Source of the DNA: a virus | Lineage: Duplodnaviria; Heunggongvirae; Uroviricota; Caudoviricetes | Direction: 5' to 3' (one strand) | Length of the DNA stretch: 64,000 nt | Virus record (IMG/VR): IMGVR_UViG_2974538492_000001 | Span: 1 to 64,000 of that record | Shown here: piece after piece, positions 1 through 6,974 of the stretch | How the letters are laid out: every line of letters begins with the position of its first letter | Numbering within the stretch: the stretch's first letter is position 1 | The notes under the pieces: model-generated | What the model was told of the DNA's origin: nothing | The model's input: the letters and a program-made list of their open reading frames with translations, nothing else | The model's database searches: none | Translations under genes and position numbers: made by a program

Positions 1-80
1 CTATAGATGGATAGACTTCTGGCAGTAAAGATGTTCAGATGGATAGACGTATAGACCTCCATACATCTAGATGGATATGT
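1..80 (+). repeat. Three iteron-like direct repeats of (c)agATGGATAGAC/ATGGATATG spaced about 33 nt apart at the window edge
   Basis: gATGGATAGAC at ~6-16 and ~39-49, gATGGATATG at ~71-80; regular ~3-helical-turn spacing; the array may continue upstream of the window. Confidence 0.4.
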
Positions 81-248
81 GTCTGGACGTTTAGACGGCT
101 AAACCGATTTTAGTCTCGATTTTCCATTAGTTCCCCTTCCGCGTCTAGAAAGTTCTAGGCAGAATCGAAAGTCGTCTTTTCGTGTTGACAGAGCTATATT
201 ATCAAATGGGGTTAATGATTGCAAGGACTTTTTTCAATAAAAATAAAT

Positions 249-278
249 TTGACATCTGATTATATAATGTAGTACTAT
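249..278 (+). promoter_or_regulatory. sigma70-like promoter TTGACA-N18-TACTAT feeding the inverted-repeat (IR) element
   Basis: tttGACAtctgattatataatgtagTACTATag; -35 and -10 hexamers with 18-nt spacer. Confidence 0.45.
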
Positions 279-280
279 AG

Positions 281-410
281 TATCAATCCAGCGAAATGGA
301 CTAACCCTATAGGGTGCCGAGATCCGCCTATTAATATATAAAAGCGAATGAGAATCATTACTAATTATAGTTATATTCCCGCACCCTCTAGGGTATCCGA
401 TTTCTCTCGT
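281..410 (+). repeat. IR-flanked structured leader element, copy 1 (left arm CCAGCGAAATGGACTAACCCTATAGGGTGCCGAGATCC, variable AT-rich core, right arm CCGCACCCTCTAGGGTATCCGATTTCTC)
   Basis: Near-identical to the element at 3284-3392; the arms are reverse complements of each other (outer gcgaaat/atttctc, inner ccctatagggtgc/gcaccctctaggg, 1 mismatch each); no plausible ORF. Confidence 0.6.
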
Positions 411-654
411 CTGAAATAATAATATCAAAGTACCGAATAGAATACAAGGATTATTTTTGATTTTTATGAAAATAGTTCAAATCGATTTATACGTATAAAG
501 GAAAGGATTTAAAAGGCGTACAAAAAAGCGGGGTGAATGTATAGCAGTACTATAGAAACGCCGTGTAATGGTTCCTATGCATTGTGGTGGTATGAATACG
601 CATATAAAGGAAAGAAACTTATATAAGGAAAGTATTTGCAATGAATGAAAGAAA

Positions 655-1035
655 GTACTTGCAAAGGTTTAAGGTTATGATACTATCTATTTCGCCAACA
701 AGGAAACGCTCTTTAACAACTTACCGGATGATTACTTGATAGTGATTCTTTACTTTAGAAATAAAGAAAAAGAAAAACGATAAAGTACTTGACGGCAAGA
801 AAGGAAAGTGTAGAATGTTGGTTATCGAAAGGCGGTCAGGTTCGCCGTATGATAGGTAAGGGTAACAGGGCAGAATACAGTACTGTTACAGAGTAGCCAG
901 AAGTGCTACTACAGCCTTATAAAAAGCTAACTAACAGTTAGTGACCTATTTACCGCCTAACGATATAACGAAAAAAGTTTCTAAGAAGTTGAAAAAAGTA
1001 CTTGACTGATAGAAGCAAAACATAGTACGATGTAT
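655..1035 (+). promoter_or_regulatory. Cluster of three tandem sigma70-like promoters upstream of the first gene
   Basis: aaagtacTTGCAAaggtttaaggttaTGATACT (~659-687); gtacTTGACGgcaagaaaggaaagtgTAGAAT (~789-816); gtacTTGACTgatagaagcaaaacatagTACGAT (~1002-1031); all share a GTACTTG extended -35. Confidence 0.45.
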
Positions 1036-1082
1036 CCAAGCCAAACGGCTAATATAACCTAAACTTTTAAGAGGAATTACAA

Positions 1083-1736
1083 ATGACTACTACTAACACT
1101 GCAAAAGTATCTCGTGTAACTTTGAACTCAATCATTTTCGCCACTGCTCCAGTACTGGCAGCACCAGCCGAAGGTGAGACTCACAGTAAAGAAGTAATTG
1201 CACAACACAAATCGTCAATTGCTGAATTTGTATCAAATCAGGGTAAAGAGTTGGCTGGTTTTATTTTGGGTAAAGTTGAAACGCCTGATTTGATTATCGC
1301 GATTATCAAAGAAGCGGCGAAACAAATTCCAGCAGTACAAAAGCAACTGGCAGATGAAGCGGCAGTAATTGCACTTCAAGCAGAAGAACAGCGTGTTAAA
1401 GATGCTGAAGCGGCTGAATTGAAGCGGAAACAGGATGAAGCAGCATTGCAAGCTGAAAAAGACAAAATGCTTAAATTGTTAACTGACGGCGGTTTAGATT
1501 TGGCAATCGCTCAAACAATGGTAGCGGCTGGCCTTAAAGCAAAAGCTCCAGCTAATTCACCAAAAAACAGTTATGAGCGTGTCGCGGTAACCGTTGACGG
1601 TAAAGGCTACGATGTTCCAGTGCGGGGCAACATGAGCGAAGAATTGAAAGCTCTGGTAGCTAAAGATGGCGGGGATCGTGATGCATTTATCGCAAAATAC
1701 CGCAACGAACCAGCCGCACAAGAAGTTACTGAATAA
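1083..1736 (+). CDS. Hypothetical Ala/Glu/Lys-rich protein, 217 aa; GC-richer than its neighbours
   Basis: Strong RBS aagaggaattacaaATG; long ORF with no recognisable catalytic motifs. Confidence 0.8.
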   Translation: MTTTNTAKVSRVTLNSIIFATAPVLAAPAEGETHSKEVIAQHKSSIAEFVSNQGKELAGFILGKVETPDLIIAIIKEAAKQIPAVQKQLADEAAVIALQAEEQRVKDAEAAELKRKQDEAALQAEKDKMLKLLTDGGLDLAIAQTMVAAGLKAKAPANSPKNSYERVAVTVDGKGYDVPVRGNMSEELKALVAKDGGDRDAFIAKYRNEPAAQEVTE

Positions 1737-1884
1737 TATCTCAGTACTGTAATAATAGGGGGCAAACCAGCCCCCTAAGCCGTTCTAATAGTATTTTAAT
1801 ACTAACGTGTTATAGTACTATTAGAAACGCTTAAAAGTCTTTATAGAGCGTTTTATCTTATATCTTAAGTAAGGATAAACGCTT

Positions 1885-2154
1885 ATGCAATTAACCCCAA
1901 TATCTAATTTAATTGATAAAAATACTCGCATCGCTAAAACGATGACAGCCATTAGCAGAACAACATCGGTTTTTAATGGTTATCTTGCTTTTGTTGTTAA
2001 TGGTGAATTAGTACAACGTAGGATCTATGACATGGCATATAATAGTTTATATGATTCGTGTATGTATATAGTTCACAAGAAAGTTAATTATGCCGTTAAT
2101 CTTCCCTGTAAGCCTATTAGCGGAGCGTTTAACGCTGAATCACTAAAGGCATAA
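1885..2154 (+). CDS. Hypothetical protein, 89 aa
   Basis: RBS taaggataaacgcttATG; followed by a rho-independent terminator. Confidence 0.4.
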   Translation: MQLTPISNLIDKNTRIAKTMTAISRTTSVFNGYLAFVVNGELVQRRIYDMAYNSLYDSCMYIVHKKVNYAVNLPCKPISGAFNAESLKA

Positions 2155-2165
2155 GGTAACATAAA

Positions 2166-2199
2166 AAGCCCGTTAGAATAGCTCTGACGGGCTTTTTTT
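2166..2199 (+). terminator. Rho-independent terminator
   Basis: aaaaAGCCCGTtagaatagctctgACGGGCTttttttat. Confidence 0.7.
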
Positions 2200-2213
2200 A
2201 TTTGTTGAAAGTA

Positions 2214-2242
2214 CTTGTATTATAATCTCAGTACTGTATAGT
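2214..2242 (+). promoter_or_regulatory. Early promoter of the GTACTTGTATTATAATCTCAGTACTGTATAGT type
   Basis: CTTGTA -35, 17-nt spacer, TATAGT -10; the same cassette recurs at ~3485 and ~4601. Confidence 0.5.
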
Positions 2243-2276
2243 AACCGTTATCGAAACAACTGACGGACACAACAAA

Positions 2277-2939
2277 ATGAATGCATTTAAGTTAGAGCAG
2301 TATAGAATGACTTTGGAAGTACTGGAACAAATGAAAGATTGTTTAGACCGTGGCGAGACTTATACCACTGTTAAAGGCAAGCCGTTCAACGTTACAAGGC
2401 AATTCGGTATTTGCTGGCACGTGTACGCTCATACGCCTAACCAGAACGTGACAGGGATCGGCACTGACTTTATGTGTCCTGCTTTTGCTGATATGGGCTT
2501 AGATATAGCGTATCCGGTGGAGTGTCAAACAACTGGCAGCCGCGATCAAATGCGTCAGGCATTCAGTGTACAGCGTAACATGTATGACGACAACACGATC
2601 CACGGTGCAAACCGGATCAAGCTGGTGGATTCACTGATCCAGTACTACCGCGAAAAGATGGAAACGCCGATCACTGTTACCATGTATGAACATTATTACA
2701 ATCAAGCCTTGACAGAAATGAAAAGGCGTGATTCAGCTAATGAAGCCGTATGGGATGTTTTGGATTTTGAGAACAATCAGATCTGGCGTGAACTGGCGTT
2801 AAAGATTGTTGACGAAGATCCTACACTGTCAGAAGTGGATCACGCTGCTGGTATTAACTACCCTGATGATCTAACGTTGGAAAATGTAGTTACTACTAAC
2901 TTACAGGAACGAATCCGCGAAGCATTAGAAAAGTTATAA
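2277..2939 (+). CDS. Hypothetical protein, 220 aa
   Basis: Long ORF downstream of a promoter; no motif recognised. Confidence 0.8.
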   Translation: MNAFKLEQYRMTLEVLEQMKDCLDRGETYTTVKGKPFNVTRQFGICWHVYAHTPNQNVTGIGTDFMCPAFADMGLDIAYPVECQTTGSRDQMRQAFSVQRNMYDDNTIHGANRIKLVDSLIQYYREKMETPITVTMYEHYYNQALTEMKRRDSANEAVWDVLDFENNQIWRELALKIVDEDPTLSEVDHAAGINYPDDLTLENVVTTNLQERIREALEKL

Positions 2940-2950
2940 TCTTTACAAAT

Positions 2951-2986
2951 AAGGGGTTGACGGTTCAATCCCTTTTATAGTACTAT
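2951..2986 (+). promoter_or_regulatory. PeSL-like cassette (imperfect hairpin aGGGGTTGAcggtTCAATCCCtttt containing a TTGAC -35, then a TATAGTACTAT -10 region)
   Basis: Matches the recurring hairpin-plus-promoter pattern seen at 4481, 9137, 9751, 11188, 11597 and 12111. Confidence 0.45.
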
Positions 2987-3017
2987 GTAATCACACCAAA
3001 CGAAAGGGGTTACATAA

Positions 3018-3233
3018 ATGAGATTAAGTGAGATTAGAAAAGTACTGAAGGAACTTAACAAGCTGGCGAAAGAATCGGGGAACCTCGATCCAGATATTAA
3101 GTTTTGGAGTGATGATATGGACACTGATTTACTATTAGAACTTTGTCCTGCTGATGATCTCAGTGATTCAGTACTGAAAAGCGGTAATATTCAAATAAGA
3201 TTGAATGAAGTACTTAACCCAAAAGTTAGATAA
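3018..3233 (+). CDS. Hypothetical protein, 71 aa
   Basis: RBS aaggggttacataaATG. Confidence 0.7.
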   Translation: MRLSEIRKVLKELNKLAKESGNLDPDIKFWSDDMDTDLLLELCPADDLSDSVLKSGNIQIRLNEVLNPKVR

Positions 3234-3246
3234 TCTTTACAATTGC

Positions 3247-3284
3247 GGGGGTTGACAGCCTCCGCTTTTTTATGGTACTATAAT
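3247..3284 (+). promoter_or_regulatory. Hairpin-embedded promoter TTGACA-N19-TACTATAAT upstream of IR element copy 2
   Basis: gcggggGTTGACAgcctccgcttttttatggTACTATAAT. Confidence 0.45.
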
Positions 3285-3392
3285 ATCAATCCAGAGAAAT
3301 GGACTAACCCTAGAGGGTGCCGAGATCCATCTATAGAAAATTTAGTCCTTAATAGATATAGTTCCGCACCCTCTAGGGTATCCAATTTCTCT
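3284..3392 (+). repeat. IR-flanked structured leader element, copy 2 (left arm CCAGAGAAATGGACTAACCCTAGAGGGTGCCGAGATCC, right arm CCGCACCCTCTAGGGTATCCAATTTCTC)
   Basis: Outer 7-bp stem (gagaaat/atttctc) and inner 13-bp stem (ccctagagggtgc/gcaccctctaggg) pair perfectly; the ~40-nt core differs from copy 1. Confidence 0.6.
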
Positions 3393-3444
3393 TGTATATA
3401 AGTATTGTACAGTACTGAGATTATAATTACAAGGGGTAAACAGA

Positions 3445-3514
3445 AATAAAAATTAAAATTAAAACGAAAAAAGAACTTGTATTATAATCTCAGTACTGTA
3501 CAATTCTCTATATC
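3445..3514 (+). promoter_or_regulatory. Early promoter module: UP-like tract AAAATTAAAATTAAAACGAAAAAAG, -35 AACTTGT, -10 TACAAT
   Basis: aaaattaaaattaaaacgaaaaaagaaCTTGTAttataatctcagtactgTACAATtctctatatcgaaaacgggag; a conserved module repeated across the window. Confidence 0.55.
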
Positions 3515-3532
3515 GAAAACGGGAGAAATGAT

Positions 3533-3988
3533 ATGAATTCAAAACAGTTCCAAGATGCAACAAGAGAAACATTTTTAAAGTACTTTCCTCATGGTCACAT
3601 AAGCATTTCTATGTTGGCAATAGGTGGTGGTTGTAATATCTTTTGTGGCTTGATTGGAGACATTAATGATGTAGGTGGTAAGATCCGCATGAATGATCCT
3701 GTAACGGTACGGGCTTATATTCATGATAACTTTTCATTTAATGATGAAAGTACTGAATTGGAAAACGTTGTTATTGAGTTCGATGGTTCGTGGATCTCAG
3801 TACTGCCAGACAATCCGCATCATTATTGTCAATCCCACAAGGTGCCAAGTCGCAAGATTAACGCAGAACCTAAAAAGGCATTAAGTAATTTGGATAAGTA
3901 CTTTAAACGATTAAAGGACTGTGTAACAGAGCAAGCAGGATTAAATCGCATTATTCAGCAGGATAAGATCCCAGCGAAATATCTATAA
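3533..3988 (+). CDS. Hypothetical protein, 151 aa
   Basis: RBS aacgggagaaatgatATG inside the conserved leader. Confidence 0.75.
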   Translation: MNSKQFQDATRETFLKYFPHGHISISMLAIGGGCNIFCGLIGDINDVGGKIRMNDPVTVRAYIHDNFSFNDESTELENVVIEFDGSWISVLPDNPHHYCQSHKVPSRKINAEPKKALSNLDKYFKRLKDCVTEQAGLNRIIQQDKIPAKYL

Positions 3989-3994
3989 TATATT

Positions 3995-4036
3995 GTCAAA
4001 AGTACTTGCATTGTATAAGCGAGTACTTTACAATAA
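3995..4036 (+). promoter_or_regulatory. Early promoter GTACTTGCAT-N17-TACAAT
   Basis: aaaagtacTTGCATtgtataagcgagtacttTACAATaag. Confidence 0.55.
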
Positions 4037-4063
4037 GTTATCGTTAATTGAGAGGATTCGAAT

Positions 4064-4474
4064 ATGTTACATGTTAAAGGTTTTTCTGAGGGTGGTTATT
4101 GCTTTATGATTGGTGATAAGCCTGTTTCTGTTGTTGAAGCATTGCAGAAAAATGGTAAGAAATTTAACAAGAATACATTAAACGCTTTAAATAGAAATAA
4201 TCTTGCTAATGAAAGCGATCTTGTGTCATTTGAGTTACAAGTACAATCATTACATAAAGGATTAACACCTGAATATGTAATTCAAATTTTACGCAATGAA
4301 TATAATATTGATTTTAATAATGATTTTCATGAGTTAAGTTCTGCCAGCGTACTGGATTTATTAACAGTATATCATATTGCACAATATCGAGCACCCTCAC
4401 CATGTAATCGTGATGGTTCGCCAATGCGTTATTTTTACCAGTACTTACAACGCTTCATAGAAAAGAAAAAATAA
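4064..4474 (+). CDS. Hypothetical protein, 136 aa
   Basis: RBS attgagaggattcgaatATG. Confidence 0.75.
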   Translation: MLHVKGFSEGGYCFMIGDKPVSVVEALQKNGKKFNKNTLNALNRNNLANESDLVSFELQVQSLHKGLTPEYVIQILRNEYNIDFNNDFHELSSASVLDLLTVYHIAQYRAPSPCNRDGSPMRYFYQYLQRFIEKKK

Positions 4475-4480
4475 TCAAAT

Positions 4481-4554
4481 AAGGGGTTGACTTCGGTTAA
4501 CCCTTTTTGCTATACTAATATTACTCCAGAGAAATGGACTAACCTTATAAGGTG
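4481..4554 (+). promoter_or_regulatory. PeSL-like cassette (hairpin aaGGGGTTGACttcGGTTAACCCCttttt with TTGACT -35, GCTATACT -10) followed by a solo left arm of the IR element (CCAGAGAAATGGACTAACCTTATAAGGTG)
   Basis: Hairpin plus 18-nt spacer plus TATACT; the arm lacks a partner right arm. Confidence 0.5.
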
Positions 4555-4566
4555 TATAAGTGTACC

Positions 4567-4629
4567 TATAATAAAATAATTAAAATTCATACAAAAAAGT
4601 ACTTGTATTATAATCTCAGTACTGTATAA
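4567..4629 (+). promoter_or_regulatory. Early promoter module (AATAATTAAAATTCATACAAAAAAGTACTTGTATTATAATCTCAGTACTGTATAAT)
   Basis: UP-like tract, CTTGTA -35, TATAAT -10. Confidence 0.55.
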
Positions 4630-4662
4630 TTCTTTATATCGAAAACAAACGAGGGTTTTTAA

Positions 4663-5085
4663 ATGAGAACATGTAAAGAGTGTGGGAACAATTGCAACGT
4701 ATTATCTAATGGTGTTGTCCATCATTACAACGAGGATGATAAAATTGATTATGATCTAGATGGGGATCATGTTGCAATACCTGAATTATCTGATTCTGAA
4801 AACAACATGTTAAATCCAATTCTTCAAAGTACTTTTAATTTTAATGGTGATGTTCCTTGTATTAACTACGCCGCGAATGGTGGAGGTTATGAAACTTACC
4901 AGTACTTCATTTGTGCTGATGGTGGATGTTTAGGAATTGGAACAGTAATTAATGAGTTTCATAAAGTAAACTTTAATGATCCTGATGATAAACAATGGCA
5001 CATTGTAGGGGTTGACGTGAATTATGAAAATACTAATCTGATAGATGATCACACAGGGGATTATATACCAGTAGCATATAGTTAA
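4663..5085 (+). CDS. Hypothetical Cys-containing protein, 140 aa
   Basis: Leader tatatcgaaaacaaacgagggtttttaaATG; CxxC at the N-terminus. Confidence 0.75.
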   Translation: MRTCKECGNNCNVLSNGVVHHYNEDDKIDYDLDGDHVAIPELSDSENNMLNPILQSTFNFNGDVPCINYAANGGGYETYQYFICADGGCLGIGTVINEFHKVNFNDPDDKQWHIVGVDVNYENTNLIDDHTGDYIPVAYS

Positions 5086-5093
5086 CACTACAA

Positions 5094-5117
5094 CGGGGAT
5101 CATTGATCCCCTTTTGA
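5094..5117 (+). terminator. Rho-independent terminator
   Basis: caacGGGGATCattGATCCCCttttgagg. Confidence 0.6.
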
Positions 5118-5123
5118 GGTTAT

Positions 5124-5384
5124 ATGAATTTGTTTTATAGTACTAGAAAATTAGTAGTTTCATTTGATTGTAATTCTGATAAAATACATTGTGTAATATA
5201 CAGAAAAGGAATTCCCCGTTCTGATAACTGGAAAGTACTACAATCCTATACAATCAAACGTAAAGGGTTTAAACAGTTAGATGACCGTACACAAAAGGCA
5301 TGTTTACGGCAAGTACTTAAAGCCATGCGTAACCGTATAACGCAAGCCTTACATGTTGCATTAACTACAAAAGATATTTTATAA
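5124..5384 (+). CDS. Hypothetical basic protein, 86 aa
   Basis: ORF directly after the terminator; RBS ttgaggttatATG. Confidence 0.6.
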   Translation: MNLFYSTRKLVVSFDCNSDKIHCVIYRKGIPRSDNWKVLQSYTIKRKGFKQLDDRTQKACLRQVLKAMRNRITQALHVALTTKDIL

Positions 5385-5400
5385 TATAATGAAAAAGTAC

Positions 5401-5429
5401 TGGACAATGCTCCGGTACTTTGTTATAGT
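5401..5429 (+). promoter_or_regulatory. sigma70-like promoter TGGACA-N17-TATAGT
   Basis: gtacTGGACAatgctccggtactttgtTATAGTact. Confidence 0.4.
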
Positions 5430-5477
5430 ACTTACATCGAAGAGAAATTCGAATAGCCCATAGGGTTCAGGGGTATA

Positions 5478-5542
5478 TCTATTAAAAATAATTAAAATTA
5501 AAATGAAAAAGAACTTGCATTATATTATGGTTATGGTAATAT
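5478..5542 (+). promoter_or_regulatory. Early promoter module (AATAATTAAAATTAAAATGAAAAAGAACTTGCAT-N17-TAATAT)
   Basis: UP-like tract, TTGCAT -35, then the conserved leader atcgaaacgggagg. Confidence 0.5.
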
Positions 5543-5570
5543 ATGTATATCGAAACGGGAGGTTAAAGAA

Positions 5571-5639
5571 ATGAAACTACGTTATCAATGGCTGTTGTTT
5601 GCTTTGTTTATCCTTATTACCTGCGTAAACTTTGATTAG
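5571..5639 (+). CDS. Tiny hydrophobic ORF (22 aa, MKLRYQWLLFALFILITCVNFD) directly behind the conserved leader
   Basis: Excellent RBS cgggaggttaaagaaATG; could be a leader peptide or a mini membrane protein. Confidence 0.3.
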   Translation: MKLRYQWLLFALFILITCVNFD

Positions 5640-5649
5640 GGGTTATATT

Positions 5650-5991
5650 ATGATGATTGTTAATTTTGGTGATGATATCAATTTCAATAGTATTAAGCAT
5701 ATTATTGAAAATAGTCAATCTGTATCTATTACTTTATGTTCTGGCGATGGTGATGATTTTACGGTGATAGAGCGTGAAAGAAGTAAATTTGCTGGTTTTC
5801 ATGAGGCTGATCTTATTGTTATTAGTACTGTACGGAATGCTAATGGTGATGGTATCTATGTATATCCTGAATACTTCACTATTGAACAGGCAGACACTGC
5901 TATTGAAGCCTTAAAAATAAGGGCGAGTGATACTAACATTAAATCATCTGAATTATCGGATTCATTAACTGATTTATTAGAATCGGAATAA
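5650..5991 (+). CDS. Hypothetical acidic protein, ~113 aa
   Basis: The ORF track starts at a TTG at 5632; the internal ATG ATG at 5650 follows ttaGGGGTtatatt. Confidence 0.55.
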   Translation: MMIVNFGDDINFNSIKHIIENSQSVSITLCSGDGDDFTVIERERSKFAGFHEADLIVISTVRNANGDGIYVYPEYFTIEQADTAIEALKIRASDTNIKSSELSDSLTDLLESE

Positions 5992-5994
5992 CAT

Positions 5995-6036
5995 ATTAAA
6001 AGTACTTGCATTATATTAGCGAGTACTTTATAATAA
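5995..6036 (+). promoter_or_regulatory. Early promoter GTACTTGCAT-N18-TATAAT
   Basis: aaaagtacTTGCATtatattagcgagtactttaTAATaag. Confidence 0.55.
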
Positions 6037-6056
6037 GTTATCAAGTGAGGTACACA

Positions 6057-6104
6057 ATGAAATGGTTAATTATAGCAGTACTGATTTACATTATCTTTTT
6101 TTAA
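6057..6104 (+). CDS. Tiny hydrophobic ORF (15 aa, MKWLIIAVLIYIIFF)
   Basis: RBS aagtgaggtacacaATG directly after the promoter; a second mini hydrophobic ORF like the one at 5571. Confidence 0.25.
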   Translation: MKWLIIAVLIYIIFF

Positions 6105-6123
6105 TCAAGAGGAAGTATTAAAA

Positions 6124-6333
6124 ATGGCACATAAAGATCGTCGTTACAATGTTAACCCTGAATTTACCGGACACGAATCAGGCAAGAAACAATTTGTTAT
6201 TCGTTTTTGTGGTGATTTTGTTTCTTCGCATTCAAAGCGTGATGAAGCAGAAAAAGAGATCGCCCGATGGAAAAGTACTGGAACCGTTCCACATATCGGA
6301 AAGCAATGGGATAATCTAGTTGAACCTGTTTAA
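6124..6333 (+). CDS. Hypothetical protein, 69 aa
   Basis: RBS caagaggaagtattaaaaATG. Confidence 0.7.
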   Translation: MAHKDRRYNVNPEFTGHESGKKQFVIRFCGDFVSSHSKRDEAEKEIARWKSTGTVPHIGKQWDNLVEPV

Positions 6334-6483
6334 TTAATCAATATTAATAGTACTGGATATTTCACCAGTACTGTTTTTTTATACAGCATAATATATAATA
6401 GATACATTTTCGCACCCTGTGGGTCAAAGACATTTCGCTGTCTATGAAGTAATAATACAGTATTTTGATATACGTGTCAAGGA

Positions 6484-6541
6484 TTAAATTAAAATTAAAA
6501 CAAAAGAAAGTACTTGCATTAAGTATGAAGTACTGTATAAT
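6484..6541 (+). promoter_or_regulatory. Early promoter module (AAATTAAAATTAAAACAAAAGAAAGTACTTGCAT-N16-TATAAT)
   Basis: UP-like tract, TTGCAT -35, TATAAT -10, then leader tatatcgaaacgggag. Confidence 0.55.
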
Positions 6542-6568
6542 CTTTTATATCGAAACGGGAGAATTAAA

Positions 6569-6835
6569 ATGAGTAACGCATTGAAAGCCATGATTTCGTT
6601 GGTAATTTCAGTACTGATAACCTTTATAATATTAACTGCGGCGAGAGATGATGTTCTGTGGCGGTTAACCATGTTAGGATATGAAATTGAAGATACATGG
6701 TATTCTTTTTTGACATATGGCCTTAATGGGATATATGCTATATTAATGGTAGGTTGTTTTTATATTTTGTTTTGTTTAATGTTTTATATTACAGGGGGCA
6801 GTAATGAGAGTACAACCAATCCAGCCAATCATTAA
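6569..6835 (+). CDS. Small membrane protein, 88 aa, 2-3 predicted TM helices
   Basis: Hydrophobic stretches LVISVLITFIILTAA and GIYAILMVGCFYILFCLMFYI. Confidence 0.6.
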   Translation: MSNALKAMISLVISVLITFIILTAARDDVLWRLTMLGYEIEDTWYSFLTYGLNGIYAILMVGCFYILFCLMFYITGGSNESTTNPANH

Positions 6836-6974
6836 GTTAGCGAATAGTACGGTCAAGAATGAATATTCAAAAATTGTTGTTGACATTCCGTGTAGTACTG
6901 TGGTATCATTAGGTTCTTACAAATCGTGTGATTTGTATAATTCAATTTATAAACAATAAAAGGTAAATTTAAAT

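Noticed and set aside
287-320. Resemblance of ACTAACCCTATAGGGTG to the 3' half of a T7-type promoter (CACTATAGGGAGA)
   Set aside because: Only CTATAGGG is shared. There is no single-subunit RNA polymerase gene in the window and the upstream TAATACGACT-like half is missing, so this is most likely coincidence arising from the CCCTATAGGG palindrome.
234-428. 64-aa minus-strand ORF overlapping IR element copy 1
   Set aside because: It spans the inverted-repeat element and promoter, has no RBS, and its sequence reflects translation of the palindromic arms. The same DNA at 3284-3392 has no matching ORF.
1233-1451. Minus-strand 72-aa ORF nested in the gene at 1083..1736, and similar nested minus-strand ORFs (5856..6044, 6484..6672, 7784..7966, 10990..11184, 12488..12817, 12867..13064, 16876..17067, 18497..18715, 23781..24093, 30615..30830, 32293..32505, 34901..35095, 39868..40116, 40979..41206, 41747..41971, 42045..42227, 43128..43358, 43573..43782, 44656..45000, 45004..45264, 45322..45555, 47374..47598, 50340..50567, 52603..52818, 53049..53360, 54725..54916, 54956..55168, 58826..59113, 62708..62947)
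   Set aside because: All are embedded antisense within longer, better-supported plus-strand genes in a genome transcribed almost wholly from the plus strand. They lack RBSs and have low-complexity, hydrophobic, stop-poor AT-rich antisense composition.
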